From positions 1-60,397 of the forward strand of contig JASFYY010000115.1 of the NCBI GenBank assembly GCA_045046875.1: a DNA stretch of 60,397 nt, written 5' to 3'. The notes beneath the pieces are model-generated. The model was given only the letters and a program-made list of their open reading frames with translations. It did not search any database and was not told where the DNA came from. Positions 1 to 9,274 of this stretch are shown piece after piece; the stretch's first letter is position 1, and each line of letters opens with the position of its first letter. The DNA comes from Verrucomicrobiota bacterium (GTDB lineage: Bacteria; Verrucomicrobiota; Verrucomicrobiia; Verrucomicrobiales; DEV007). The position numbers and the translations under genes are program-made.

Positions 1-279
1 GTCGCCATCGCGCTCGAGCTCTACCGCCGCGAACACGACAGCTACCCCGACTCCCTCTCCCCACTCGCCCCCAGCTACATCGATGCCCTGCCCCCCGATC
101 TCATCACCGGCGCCCCCCTACACTACCTCCTCAAAACCGACGGCACCCCGCTGATCTACTCCGTCGGCATCAACCAAATCGACGAAAACGGCCTGCTCAA
201 AAAAGACCGCACCCTCGGCGACTGGACCTGGCAATACACCCTCCCCCCCGCCTTCAACGAAAGTGACTGGCAAAACTAG
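1..279 (+). CDS. C-terminal fragment of a protein with a GspG/pseudopilin-like C-terminal domain (5' end outside the window)
   Basis: Frame 1 is open from base 1 to TAG at 277-279 and reads VAIALELYRREHDSYPDSLSPLAPSYIDALPPDLITGAPLHY...LIYSVGINQIDENG. The ALExY..YP.SL..L.P.Y....P.D...G.P..Y...YSVG pattern resembles GspG-like C-termini common in PVC proteins. Confidence 0.6.
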   Translation, partial: VAIALELYRREHDSYPDSLSPLAPSYIDALPPDLITGAPLHYLLKTDGTPLIYSVGINQIDENGLLKKDRTLGDWTWQYTLPPAFNESDWQN

Positions 280-326
280 CCCTTCACCTCCTAACAAAGA
301 CTGCAAACCCATACTCCCTCCTTCCT

Positions 327-356
327 ATCAGTGTTTATTCGTGTCCATTCGTGGTT
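327..356 (+). repeat. Short 10-bp-period intergenic repeat (ATCAGTGTTT ATTCGTGTCC ATTCGTGGTT)
   Basis: Three degenerate 10-bp units are directly visible. Similar ...TTCGTGGTT and ...TTCGCGGT endings occur at about 30001-30018 and 25416-25433. Confidence 0.4.
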
Positions 357-380
357 CACCCCTCATATTTCAATTTTCCA

Positions 381-409
381 TTGAAAACCCTCCAATATCC
401 CCCTACCGT
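381..409 (+). promoter_or_regulatory. Putative sigma70 promoter of ychF (probably leaderless)
   Basis: TTGAAA (381-386), 17-nt spacer, TACCGT (404-409), then 6 nt to the ATG at 416. No Shine-Dalgarno sequence. Confidence 0.5.
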
Positions 410-415
410 CCGCCC

Positions 416-1531
416 ATGCTCAAAGCAGGAATCGTCGGCCTTCCAAACGTAGGCAAATCAACTCTATTCAACGCAGTCACCCGCTCCCAAAAGGCGCAGG
501 CGGCCAATTACCCTTTTTGCACCATCGATCCCAACGTCGGAATCGTCACCGTGCCCGATGAGCGACTCGAGGTGCTCAGCAAGCTTTCCAACTCCACCAA
601 GGTCATCCCCACCGCGATCGAATTTGTCGACATCGCCGGCCTGGTCGAAGGAGCGTCCCAAGGCGCAGGCCTCGGCAATCAGTTCCTCTCCCACATCCGT
701 GAATGTGACGCCATCATCCAAGTGGTGCGCTGCTTCGAGAACGACGACATCATTCACGAACTCGGCTCGGTTGATCCCCTGCGCGACATCGAGATCATCA
801 ATGCCGAGCTGGTGCTCTGTGATCTGGCCACTCTGGAGAAACGCAAAACCTCTCGCGAGAAAAAAGCCCGCAGCGGTGATAAAGAATCGAAAGCCGAAGT
901 AGATTTGATCACCAAACTGCTTCCCCATCTCGACCAGGGCAAACCCGCCCTGACCGCCGACCTCAATGATGACGAGCGTGCCCTGATGCAGGAATTTTAC
1001 CTCTTGAGCGCCAAACCCACCATCTTCGCCTGCAACGTCAAAGAAGATGAGCTCGGTGCTGCGCAAAAAGATCCCGACTCCCATTCTTTTGTTTCCGTGG
1101 TGAAAAAATTCGCCACAGAATCCCACAACGCCGAAGCCGTTGTCATCTCCGCCCGCATCGAAGAAGAACTGGTCGACCTAAGTCAGGAAGAAGCTGACGA
1201 ATTCCTCTCCGACATGGGCGTAGAAACCTCTGGTGGAGCCAACCTCATCCGCAGCGTTTACCACCTGCTCGGCCTGCGCACCTACATCACCACCGGCGAG
1301 CAAGAAACCCGTGCCTGGACCATCCTCGCAGGAGCCAAAGCCCCGCAAGCCGCCGGTGTCATTCACACCGATTTTGAACGCGGATTCATTCGCGCCGAAG
1401 TGATCGCTTTTGACGACCTGATCGAATGTGGCTCCCGAGCCGCCGCCCGTGATGCCGGCAAGCTGCGCAGTGAAGGAAAAGAATACGTCGTCAAAGACGG
1501 CGACGTCGTAGAATTCCTCTTCAACGTCTAA
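416..1531 (+). CDS. ychF: Redox-regulated ribosome-binding ATPase YchF
   Basis: MLKAGIVGLPNVGKSTLFNA P-loop, ANYPFCTIDPN, DIAGLV, GxGLGNQFL and the C-terminal TGS region (AGVIHTDFERGFIRAE...GKEYVVKDGD). Start moved to ATG 416. Confidence 0.97.
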   Translation: MLKAGIVGLPNVGKSTLFNAVTRSQKAQAANYPFCTIDPNVGIVTVPDERLEVLSKLSNSTKVIPTAIEFVDIAGLVEGASQGAGLGNQFLSHIRECDAIIQVVRCFENDDIIHELGSVDPLRDIEIINAELVLCDLATLEKRKTSREKKARSGDKESKAEVDLITKLLPHLDQGKPALTADLNDDERALMQEFYLLSAKPTIFACNVKEDELGAAQKDPDSHSFVSVVKKFATESHNAEAVVISARIEEELVDLSQEEADEFLSDMGVETSGGANLIRSVYHLLGLRTYITTGEQETRAWTILAGAKAPQAAGVIHTDFERGFIRAEVIAFDDLIECGSRAAARDAGKLRSEGKEYVVKDGDVVEFLFNV

Positions 1532-1674
1532 ACGTAAGACAAATTTCCATATTTGTCTGCGCCCCCCCTTCGACCGCTCCCAATAAATTTGGGGATTTGT
1601 ATCTGCGCCTGCCAACAAAGGCTTAGACAAAAGCCCCACCCCACCCCGCTCTAAACATAGAGTTCGGCGTATGA

Positions 1675-1702
1675 TTGACTTTTATTCCCGACTCCCTACA
1701 CT
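1675..1702 (+). promoter_or_regulatory. Putative sigma70 promoter for the protease pair
   Basis: TTGACT (1675-1680), 16-nt spacer, TACACT (1697-1702), upstream of ATG 1746. Confidence 0.45.
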
Positions 1703-1745
1703 TTAGACTTCCTCTATCACAGACTAGATCCTTATCGTTTTATTT

Positions 1746-3353
1746 ATGACCACCAGCACCCGATCCCCATTTTCCCGCACTATCACTTTTTCCTGGCTCT
1801 GTGTTTTATTCCTCGCCCCTCATGTCCATGCGCAGGGAAAAAAATCCACCGTCGAAGTCCCGCCTCCGCCATCCGTCCAGGCCGACGTCTCCAAAGTCGA
1901 GTTTGATGCCATCGTCCGGGTCGAAGTAGAAGTCGAAAACCGCAACTACCGGGTTCCCTGGAACATCGGCGGTCTCGGCAGCGGAGTCGGTACCGGTTTC
2001 ATGATCGGCAAAAACCGCTTTCTCACCAATGCCCACGTCGTCAGCAACCGACGCCTCATTTACATTAAAAAAATGGATCGCCCCGAGCCCTACAAAGCCC
2101 GGGTATTACATGTTGCCCATGATTGCGACCTCGCCCTGCTGGAACTGGAAGACCCCACCCCCTTCAAAGACGTCAAACCTCTCTCCATCGGTGACATCCC
2201 CAAACTGAATACCACCGTCATCGCGGTAGGTTACCCGATCGGCGGCGAACGCATTTCAGTCACCCGCGGAGTAGTTTCCCGCATCGACTTCCGCCCTTAC
2301 ACCCACTCCGGTGTGGACTTTCACCTCACCATCCAGGTTGATGCTGCAATCAACCCCGGCAACAGTGGTGGCCCGGTGCTGCAGGACAACAAAGTGGTCG
2401 GCGTTGCTTTCCAGGGTTATTCCGGATCCCAGGCCCAGAACACCGCTTACATGATCCCGGTTCCCGTGATCAATCGGTTTCTCAAAGATATCGAAGACGG
2501 GCAATACGACTTCTATGTCGACATGGCCACTCAAACCATCAACCTGCTCAATCCCGCCCAGCGCCTCGCGCTCGGACTGAAAAACGACGGACGCGGCGTG
2601 ATGGTCACGATTGCTGACAAAGCCGGTTCCGCCGGTGGCGTGCTGAAAACCGGTGATGTGCTACTCGCCATCGACGGCTACGACATCGCCAGCGATGGAT
2701 TTGTCACCATCGAAGGAGAGCGCATCAACCTCAACGAAATCGTCGAACGCAAATTTGTCGGTGACACCGTTGATCTGAAAATTCTGCGTGACCACAAACC
2801 GGAGCAGATCAAAATCGAACTGCAACGTTTCATTCCCTACCTCATCCAGGCCAATCACTATGACAAAAAACCCAACTTTGTGTTATTTGCCGGTCTGCAA
2901 TTCCAGCCACTCGACCGCGAGCTGATGGGATCCTTTGGTATTGGCAATCTGAAAGCGCGTTATGTTTACAGCTACTTCAGCCGCGAAGAACTCTACATCG
3001 AACGGCCTGAACCTGTGATCCTAACCGCCGTTCTACCCGATTCGGTCAATACCCACCTGCAAGCCTATACCAAGCAGTTGGTCGATACCGTCAACGGCAA
3101 GAAAATCCTCACCCTACAGGATGTGCATGACGCCTTGAACTCGGATGCCCACGAAAAAGGGCAGGAAAACTACCACGTCATCCGCCTGCTGGGCGAAGGC
3201 CGCCCGCTGGTCATGGAGCGCAGCAAAGCCAAAGCTGCCCACCAGCGCATCATGGATAAATACAACGTCGGTTACGACCACTTCATCGAAAAACCACTCA
3301 TTTTGGAAAGTAAAGCGCTGGCCAAAGCCCGGGAAAAAGCCACCAAAAAATAA
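1746..3353 (+). CDS. Exported HtrA/Deg-family (Deg2/Deg9-like) trypsin-fold serine protease with PDZ domains, intact catalytic triad
   Basis: Signal peptide (..APHVHA|Q); TNAHVV (His), HDCDLA (Asp), AAINPGNSGGP (Ser); PDZ-like GVLKTGDVLLAIDG; second PDZ-like region FAGLQFQPL as in plant Deg2-type proteins. Confidence 0.92.
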   Translation: MTTSTRSPFSRTITFSWLCVLFLAPHVHAQGKKSTVEVPPPPSVQADVSKVEFDAIVRVEVEVENRNYRVPWNIGGLGSGVGTGFMIGKNRFLTNAHVVSNRRLIYIKKMDRPEPYKARVLHVAHDCDLALLELEDPTPFKDVKPLSIGDIPKLNTTVIAVGYPIGGERISVTRGVVSRIDFRPYTHSGVDFHLTIQVDAAINPGNSGGPVLQDNKVVGVAFQGYSGSQAQNTAYMIPVPVINRFLKDIEDGQYDFYVDMATQTINLLNPAQRLALGLKNDGRGVMVTIADKAGSAGGVLKTGDVLLAIDGYDIASDGFVTIEGERINLNEIVERKFVGDTVDLKILRDHKPEQIKIELQRFIPYLIQANHYDKKPNFVLFAGLQFQPLDRELMGSFGIGNLKARYVYSYFSREELYIERPEPVILTAVLPDSVNTHLQAYTKQLVDTVNGKKILTLQDVHDALNSDAHEKGQENYHVIRLLGEGRPLVMERSKAKAAHQRIMDKYNVGYDHFIEKPLILESKALAKAREKATKK

Positions 3354-3393
3354 ACCTCGCCAGATCCCTCACCCAATCACCACTTTTCCCCTT

Positions 3394-4941
3394 ATGCACA
3401 TCATGCACAAATCATCACTCTGTTTTCTCCTCACCACAGCCCTGCTGTTCGCCACCCACTTCTCCCCGTCCCTACAAGCGCAAGACGGGAAAAAGGTGAC
3501 AAAAAAACCCACCATCGAAGTTGAGATCGTGCCCTCACCGGCCAGCTCCCTGGTCAGGATCAATGCCACCCTGCAGCGTTACAACTTTATCCGCCCCTGG
3601 GAAAAAGGCGCGCCCACCCCACGCCGCGGACTGGGAGCCTTCATCACCGGCAAACGGGTGCTGACCACCGCCGAGCTGGTCGAAAACTCCACTTACATCG
3701 AACTCGAACTGACCGGAACCGGTGAAAAAACCCCAGCCAAAATCATCGGCCTGGACTACGAAGCCAATCTCGCCCTGCTCGAACCGATTGACGCCAAATC
3801 AACCATCCTCGACAAACTGGTGCCGCTCAAACTCGACGATTCCGTGGTCGCCGGCGATACCCTGGAAATCTGGCAAGTTGAAGACAACGGCAACAGTGTT
3901 GCCACCGACGTCAAAGTGCTGCGTGTCGCCGTTGGCAATTATTTCATTCCCGGCTCCCAACTACTGACCTATCAAGTCAAAGGATCGCTGCAATACCACG
4001 CCAACAGTTTCACCCTGCCAGTGGTCAAAAACGGCAATCTGGCCGGCCTGCTGCTAAGCTACAGCTCCAAGGAGCAAACCAGTAGCCTGCTGCCCTCCCC
4101 GATCATCAAACACTTCCTCGATGACCTCAAAGACGGAGACTACAAAGGTTTCCCCAATATGGGACTCGGTTACGCTCAGACCCTCGACGAACAGCTGCGC
4201 AAGTTCACCCACATCTCTGATAAAAAAGGCGGCGTTTTTGTCCGCAGCATCGTCGCCGACAGCTCGGCGGGTAAAGGCGGAGTCAAAGAGGGCGACGTCA
4301 TCCTCAGCCTCAACGGCCACGACATCGACTCACGCGGCAATTACAGCAATGACAAATACGGCAAAATCAACTTCAGCCACCTGGTCCGCGGAGCCTCCAA
4401 CGTCGGTGATAAAATAAAGTTGCACATCATCCGCGACGGCAAGCCCGTCGATCTCGAATTTCCTCTCCTGCGCAAGGAACCCGGCGACTACCTGGTCGAT
4501 CCCTACATGTTCGACCGTGGCCCGCGTTTCATGATCCTCGGCGGGTTGATTTTCCAAGAGCTGACCCTGCCCTACCTCAAATTCTGGGGAGACAAATGGC
4601 CCACCCGCGGCCCACTCAATCTGGTGCACGCACAAGCCAATCCCGAACCTTACGAAAAAGAAGGCCGCAAAAAAATCGTCTTTCTCAGTCAGGTAGTAAA
4701 AACCCCCGCAACCATCGGCTATCAGGGCTTGGGATCCATCATCCTCACCAAAGTCAACGGCCAGGCCATCAACGCCATCGGCGATCTGGCTGAAGCCTTC
4801 AAAAAACCCAACGCCCAGGGCCTGCACAAAATCGAATTTGCCGACCACCCCAAAGTCATCTACCTCGACGCCCGCATGGCCCTCGCGGTCAACCAGCAAT
4901 TAAGCAAATACGGCATCGGCCAACTGCAGAACCTGAAGTAG
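3394..4941 (+). CDS. Exported Deg-family paralog with PDZ domains but degenerate catalytic triad (probable pseudoprotease)
   Basis: Collinear with the upstream protease, but TNAHVV becomes TTAELV, HDCDLA becomes YEANLA and GNSGGP becomes ANSFTLP. Has a signal peptide. Start at ATG 3394 or 3403 rather than 3145. Confidence 0.85.
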   Translation: MHIMHKSSLCFLLTTALLFATHFSPSLQAQDGKKVTKKPTIEVEIVPSPASSLVRINATLQRYNFIRPWEKGAPTPRRGLGAFITGKRVLTTAELVENSTYIELELTGTGEKTPAKIIGLDYEANLALLEPIDAKSTILDKLVPLKLDDSVVAGDTLEIWQVEDNGNSVATDVKVLRVAVGNYFIPGSQLLTYQVKGSLQYHANSFTLPVVKNGNLAGLLLSYSSKEQTSSLLPSPIIKHFLDDLKDGDYKGFPNMGLGYAQTLDEQLRKFTHISDKKGGVFVRSIVADSSAGKGGVKEGDVILSLNGHDIDSRGNYSNDKYGKINFSHLVRGASNVGDKIKLHIIRDGKPVDLEFPLLRKEPGDYLVDPYMFDRGPRFMILGGLIFQELTLPYLKFWGDKWPTRGPLNLVHAQANPEPYEKEGRKKIVFLSQVVKTPATIGYQGLGSIILTKVNGQAINAIGDLAEAFKKPNAQGLHKIEFADHPKVIYLDARMALAVNQQLSKYGIGQLQNLK

Positions 4942-4974
4942 GCCTGCGCTTCTTTGCAACTTCAGCAGCAAATT

Positions 4975-4998
4975 GTAGGGCGGGCGCTTCGCCTGCCC
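4975..4998 (+). repeat. GTAG-type REP-like palindrome between convergent genes
   Basis: GTAG-GGCGGGCG-CTT-CGCCTGCC-C hairpin. A near-identical copy lies at 47224-47247. Confidence 0.65.
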
Positions 4999-5015
4999 CG
5001 ATTCGCCAGTCTTCA

Positions 5016-6422
5016 TCACTCCCCTGCGTCGTCGCCTTGATAGGAACCCTCCACCCGTTGAGCCACGTCTTTGTATCCGTAGTCAGCCGCGTAGATCAAT
5101 TTCAGAGCTTCAAGTGAAGCCTCCTTGTTGCCTATCTTGGCGTAAAGCAATCCGACATTGTAGAGCAATTCTTTCTTGGTCTCGTCCATGCCGGGAATTT
5201 CTTTCACCGCTTCTTCGAACTGCGCCACTGCCAAATCGAACATGTTTTTACCTTCGTAACATTTACCCAGCATCAACATCGCCCGGATTCGCAAATTCGG
5301 ACTCTGTTTAGCCTGTTGCAATTCAGGAATCGCCTTGCTGAAATCCTCGCCATCAAACAACTGCTTGCCGTATTCAAAACGCAACTGCGCATCGGTCGGG
5401 TTTTTCTCGACCTGCAAACGAGCCTCTTCCAGCAACTGCTGGCCTTGCGCTCCTCTCATTTCGGCAATCTGGGCTTTCACCCGCTCCGCTTCCGGGTGCT
5501 CCGGATTTTCATCAACGAATTTTTGCAGCTCAGCCAGTTGAGCGTTGCCCACTTTCTCACGGATCTCCAGCACCTTACGCTCCAGCGCCGGGTCGTTACG
5601 ACTGAGCGAAAAGGCCCACTCATAATAAGATTGCGCTTGAGTCCAGTCCTCCAACTGCTCAAAACAATCCGCTAGCTCTTTAGTGACATTCAAATCATTC
5701 TGATTGGCGGCATAAATCGCCGACAGTTGCTGAACCTGTTGCTGAATCATCTCCGGCGTCATGCCTTCGCGATCTCTGGCATCCAAAGTTTTGGTCTGTT
5801 CTTTATCACGCAAGTTATCCTGCATGCCCCCCTCCCAGTTCTGGGTTTTCATCGACTGCTGGGCAGAGGAATCCTTCTCCATTTTGGTCGCTACCAGATC
5901 CGCCGGATCCTCCTTGCGCAGCTTGCCGTATATTTCCGCTGCTTCCACATACAAGCCCTGATCAAAATAATACTGCCCCAGCTGGTGTTTGTATTTGGTA
6001 TTGCTTGGATTGCCCTGGGTCACGATCTCCAGCGCAAAACCTGCTGTTTCAGGCATCTCCGCGGCCTGGGCGGCTTCGAACAACAGCAAACCTGCCTGGG
6101 CATTAAAAGGGTCCAGTGACAGCACATCCTTCTCCACCGCGATCATCACTCCCAGCGGGTCTTTTTTGACCTGACCCTGAAGTTTTAATACTTTCAAGGC
6201 TTCGGCTCCCAATTTGAGTGTTTTTTTTGCGCCCTCTTTTTGTTTGATCGCCGCCATACGCAGTTTTTTCCGTCCATCGAGGAAGCTGGGTGCATCTTTC
6301 AAAACTGCCTGCAGCAAAGTGAGCGCGTAACCATAATTGCGCAATTCATGGGCACTTATCCCTTTTAAATAAAGATCTTTCAGATTTTTCGGCAAATCGC
6401 CTTCGGTAATTAATTCTGGCAT
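5016..6422 (-). CDS. Tetratricopeptide-repeat (TPR) protein
   Basis: 468-aa helical protein with repeated TPR-like patterns (LGQYYFDQGLYVEAAEIY; LGKCYEGKNMFDLAVAQFEEA; YNVGLLYAKIGNKEASLEAL). Confidence 0.85.
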   Translation of the reverse strand: MPELITEGDLPKNLKDLYLKGISAHELRNYGYALTLLQAVLKDAPSFLDGRKKLRMAAIKQKEGAKKTLKLGAEALKVLKLQGQVKKDPLGVMIAVEKDVLSLDPFNAQAGLLLFEAAQAAEMPETAGFALEIVTQGNPSNTKYKHQLGQYYFDQGLYVEAAEIYGKLRKEDPADLVATKMEKDSSAQQSMKTQNWEGGMQDNLRDKEQTKTLDARDREGMTPEMIQQQVQQLSAIYAANQNDLNVTKELADCFEQLEDWTQAQSYYEWAFSLSRNDPALERKVLEIREKVGNAQLAELQKFVDENPEHPEAERVKAQIAEMRGAQGQQLLEEARLQVEKNPTDAQLRFEYGKQLFDGEDFSKAIPELQQAKQSPNLRIRAMLMLGKCYEGKNMFDLAVAQFEEAVKEIPGMDETKKELLYNVGLLYAKIGNKEASLEALKLIYAADYGYKDVAQRVEGSYQGDDAGE

Positions 6423-6604
6423 GATAATATAAAATTGACGCTAAACGCTCGTCGCTGAACACTCACTGAACCATCCGTATTCTGGTAGAAATACCAAGTT
6501 CATTGCATTGTAGCTTCAAAGCAGTTCATTCGTCTATAGAATCTTCGCCCATCCCGCAACAAAAAAGACGACAATCTTAAAAAAAGAACACTACAGACAT
6601 TCAA

Positions 6605-6623
6605 TGTGACACATTTGTGACAA
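6605..6623 (-). promoter_or_regulatory. Pho-box-like direct repeat (OmpR/PhoB-family binding site)
   Basis: The minus strand reads TTGTCAC-AAAT-GTGTCAC-A: two TGTCACA units with 11-bp period, similar to the E. coli Pho box CTGTCAT-N4-CTGTCAC. It lies about 100 bp upstream of a PhoB-like gene. Confidence 0.6.
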
Positions 6624-6723
6624 GTCTCGGCTTGGGGCGGCTAACAATAAGCTCCATGTTCGGGCGTCGGATTCTCCCGAAGTAAATTTTTTGGGAATAC
6701 ACGACTCACCCACTTACCTATCC

Positions 6724-7413
6724 ATGGCCACTATTCTCATAGTCGATGACGAACAAGACATCCGTGAACTGATCGCGATGAACCTGCAACGTGAAGCATA
6801 CGATATACTCGAAGCCGGCGACGGACTGGAAGCTGTAGCAATCGCCAAAAAGGAATTGCCTGACCTCATCCTGCTCGACCTGATGCTGCCGGAAAAGGAC
6901 GGTTATGGTGTTTTTCAAGATCTCAAAGCCGATAAGAATACGCAGTCTATCGCGATCATCATGCTGACCGCACGCGGCAAACTCGACGACCGCATCATGG
7001 GCCTGTCGCTGGGAGCGGATGACTACGTCTGCAAACCCTTCAGTCCCAAGGAGCTCATGCTGCGCATCAAAAATGTCTTAAGTCGCGTGCAAACCCACCC
7101 CGCCGGAGCGATCACCCAGAACGGTGATTTTAAACTCGATAAAAATGAACTGAAATTTTACCTCTGCGGAGAGGAAATCGATCTCACTATCACCGAATTC
7201 AAATTACTGATCGTGCTCATCGAGTCCGCCGACACGGTGCAGGAGCGTGGGGATCTGTTGCGGCGAATCTGGGGCTATAACGACATGATCCAAACCCGTA
7301 CCCTCGATACCCACATCAAACGCCTGCGCGAAAAACTCGGCAGCCACGGCAACCGGATTGAAACCGTGCGCAGTGTGGGTTACCAGTTCAATTCAAACGA
7401 GACGAGCAACTAA
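6724..7413 (+). CDS. OmpR/PhoB-family response regulator (PhoB/PhoP-like)
   Basis: Receiver domain (ILIVDDE, LILLDLMLP, IIMLTA, GADDYVCKPF) plus winged helix (TRTLDTHIKRLREKLG...IETVRSVGY). Start at ATG 6724. Confidence 0.93.
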   Translation: MATILIVDDEQDIRELIAMNLQREAYDILEAGDGLEAVAIAKKELPDLILLDLMLPEKDGYGVFQDLKADKNTQSIAIIMLTARGKLDDRIMGLSLGADDYVCKPFSPKELMLRIKNVLSRVQTHPAGAITQNGDFKLDKNELKFYLCGEEIDLTITEFKLLIVLIESADTVQERGDLLRRIWGYNDMIQTRTLDTHIKRLREKLGSHGNRIETVRSVGYQFNSNETSN

Positions 7414-7458
7414 GGCCACTCGAATATTTCGGCTGATCAACCATCGACTTCATAGGCT

Positions 7459-8760
7459 TTGCAAATATTCCTCATCATTCTGCTGTTAACTCTGCTAGTG
7501 ATCGTCTCCTGGTACTGCCGCAAACTTGTCCTGGGAGTCGAGCAAATCGCATCTGCCTTGCGCTCAAAAGAAGCTCCCTCACCCGACAGCATCGACCATG
7601 TTCAATACAGCGGATCCCTCACCTCGTTGAAATCCGCCCTTTCCAACCTGCTGACGGAAATCGATCTCGAACGTAAACTGGAAAGGCGCCAGCGGCGTTT
7701 TTTTGAAGGCATGCTCAACCAGATTGAAGACGCCCTCATCATTCTCGACAACCAACTGGAAATCCGCTTTTCGAACCAGGCCGCGCGCCAGCTTTTTGCC
7801 TCCGATCGCGCTCACGAAGGACGCCAACTGATTGAAGTCTGCCTCGACCACCGCATCACTGATGCCGTCAGTCTCGCTCTGGACAGCCAAAACAAAACCC
7901 GTGAAGAACTACGCCGCCCCGTTCCCCACCCTGCCCCCGATCGTGCTACGAGTGATGGGCGTCATGAACACAACTACATGATCGAAGCACAGCCCCTAAT
8001 CGAAAAAGACGGGTTTGGCCGTGGAGCCTGGGTGCTGATCCGCGACATCACCCGACAGGCGGAAACCGAACAAATCCGCCGTGACTTCGTCGCCAACGCG
8101 TCCCACGAGCTACGCACCCCCTTATCGATCATCAACGGTTACCTCGAAATGCTCGACGAGGACGAGGGTTCCAATTTTGATCAGGCCAGCGCCCGACGCA
8201 GCATCAAAACGATGCGCAACCACACTGAGCGCATCACCCGCATCGTCGAAGACATGCTTACGATTTCCAAACTTGAGAGTAATAACCAAACGCTTAAAAC
8301 AGAACGTTTTAACCTACTGGACTCGATCAACGACTCTATCAACCGGCTCAGCTCAGTCAGTGCCGCCCAGCAAGCCACGATTAAGATAGAATCCTCGAAA
8401 CCCCAGCAAATGATCGACGGCGACCATTTTTACTGGGATCAGATCTTCTTCAACCTGATCGAAAATGCTCTCAAACAAAATCCCAAGCTCGGGCTAACGA
8501 TCACCATCAGCCTGAAAAAAATCAAAAAAAAGGTCCACATCGCTATCAGCGACGACGGCATCGGTATCCCCTCCGAAGATCTAGCCAATATCTTCCAGCG
8601 TTTCTACCGGGTTGAAAAACACCACGCGCAAACCATCAAAGGCACCGGCCTGGGTCTATCCATTGTGAAAAGAGCCGTCGAAGCGCATCAAGGAGAAATT
8701 TCCGCCAGCAGTCAACCCGGCGTGAAAACCACCTTCACCATCATCATGCCGTCAGCCTAA
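7459..8760 (+). CDS. PhoR-like sensor histidine kinase (N-terminal TM, PAS, HisKA, HATPase)
   Basis: RRDFVANASHELRTPL H-box typical of PhoR; NLIENALK, DDGIGI, FQRFYRV, GTGLGLSIVK; PAS-like segment. TTG start. Confidence 0.9.
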   Translation: MQIFLIILLLTLLVIVSWYCRKLVLGVEQIASALRSKEAPSPDSIDHVQYSGSLTSLKSALSNLLTEIDLERKLERRQRRFFEGMLNQIEDALIILDNQLEIRFSNQAARQLFASDRAHEGRQLIEVCLDHRITDAVSLALDSQNKTREELRRPVPHPAPDRATSDGRHEHNYMIEAQPLIEKDGFGRGAWVLIRDITRQAETEQIRRDFVANASHELRTPLSIINGYLEMLDEDEGSNFDQASARRSIKTMRNHTERITRIVEDMLTISKLESNNQTLKTERFNLLDSINDSINRLSSVSAAQQATIKIESSKPQQMIDGDHFYWDQIFFNLIENALKQNPKLGLTITISLKKIKKKVHIAISDDGIGIPSEDLANIFQRFYRVEKHHAQTIKGTGLGLSIVKRAVEAHQGEISASSQPGVKTTFTIIMPSA

Positions 8761-8773
8761 TGACGTAATCGCT

Positions 8774-9253
8774 TCAGGGTTTTTTCACCGGGATCAGGCC
8801 TGCTTTACGTTTCTGTTCGACCTCTAGTTTGATTTTACTCTGGTAAGGATTGACCGGCATGAAGGTGGCCGGGATAGGCGCACGGCGATAGGCATCGCTG
8901 GGGCCGTAATTTCCTGCCAGGTATGTTAGGATTTTTTTCTCCAGCTCGGGTTGCAATGGCCACAGACCACCATCCTTTTGCATCCACTGGACGATCTCCG
9001 TCCACGTCACCATCGTGCCCTTTTGTCGCAGAAACTGCTGGGCGGAATGACAAATGATACAATTGTTTCTCACCAACTCCCAATCACCGGTCATTTTCAT
9101 TCCGGTCACTGGATCCAAAGGAATCTCTTTCTCCTTCTTTTTTTCTTCAGCGGCATTCAAGCCCACTGAACACAACAACATGCCGATTCCCATCAGCAAG
9201 CCACTGACTTGAAGATTTGTTATTTTCATAGCTTTGCCCATAACGCCATTCAT
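8774..9253 (-). CDS. Monoheme cytochrome c, SorB-like partner of sulfite dehydrogenase
   Basis: Signal peptide, CIICH motif, WMQ..GLW and YLA.NYGP; directly downstream of the Mo enzyme. The start may be ATG 9229. Confidence 0.8.
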   Translation of the reverse strand: MNGVMGKAMKITNLQVSGLLMGIGMLLCSVGLNAAEEKKKEKEIPLDPVTGMKMTGDWELVRNNCIICHSAQQFLRQKGTMVTWTEIVQWMQKDGGLWPLQPELEKKILTYLAGNYGPSDAYRRAPIPATFMPVNPYQSKIKLEVEQKRKAGLIPVKKP

Positions 9254-9274
9254 TCAAATTGACTACCAAGCCTA

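Noticed and set aside
263..415. N-terminal extensions in the ORF track for ychF (also 3145, 6691, 25441, 33836, 51411, 53111)
   Set aside because: The extensions overlap upstream genes, promoters or repeats. Family N-termini and signal peptides begin at the downstream ATGs used here.
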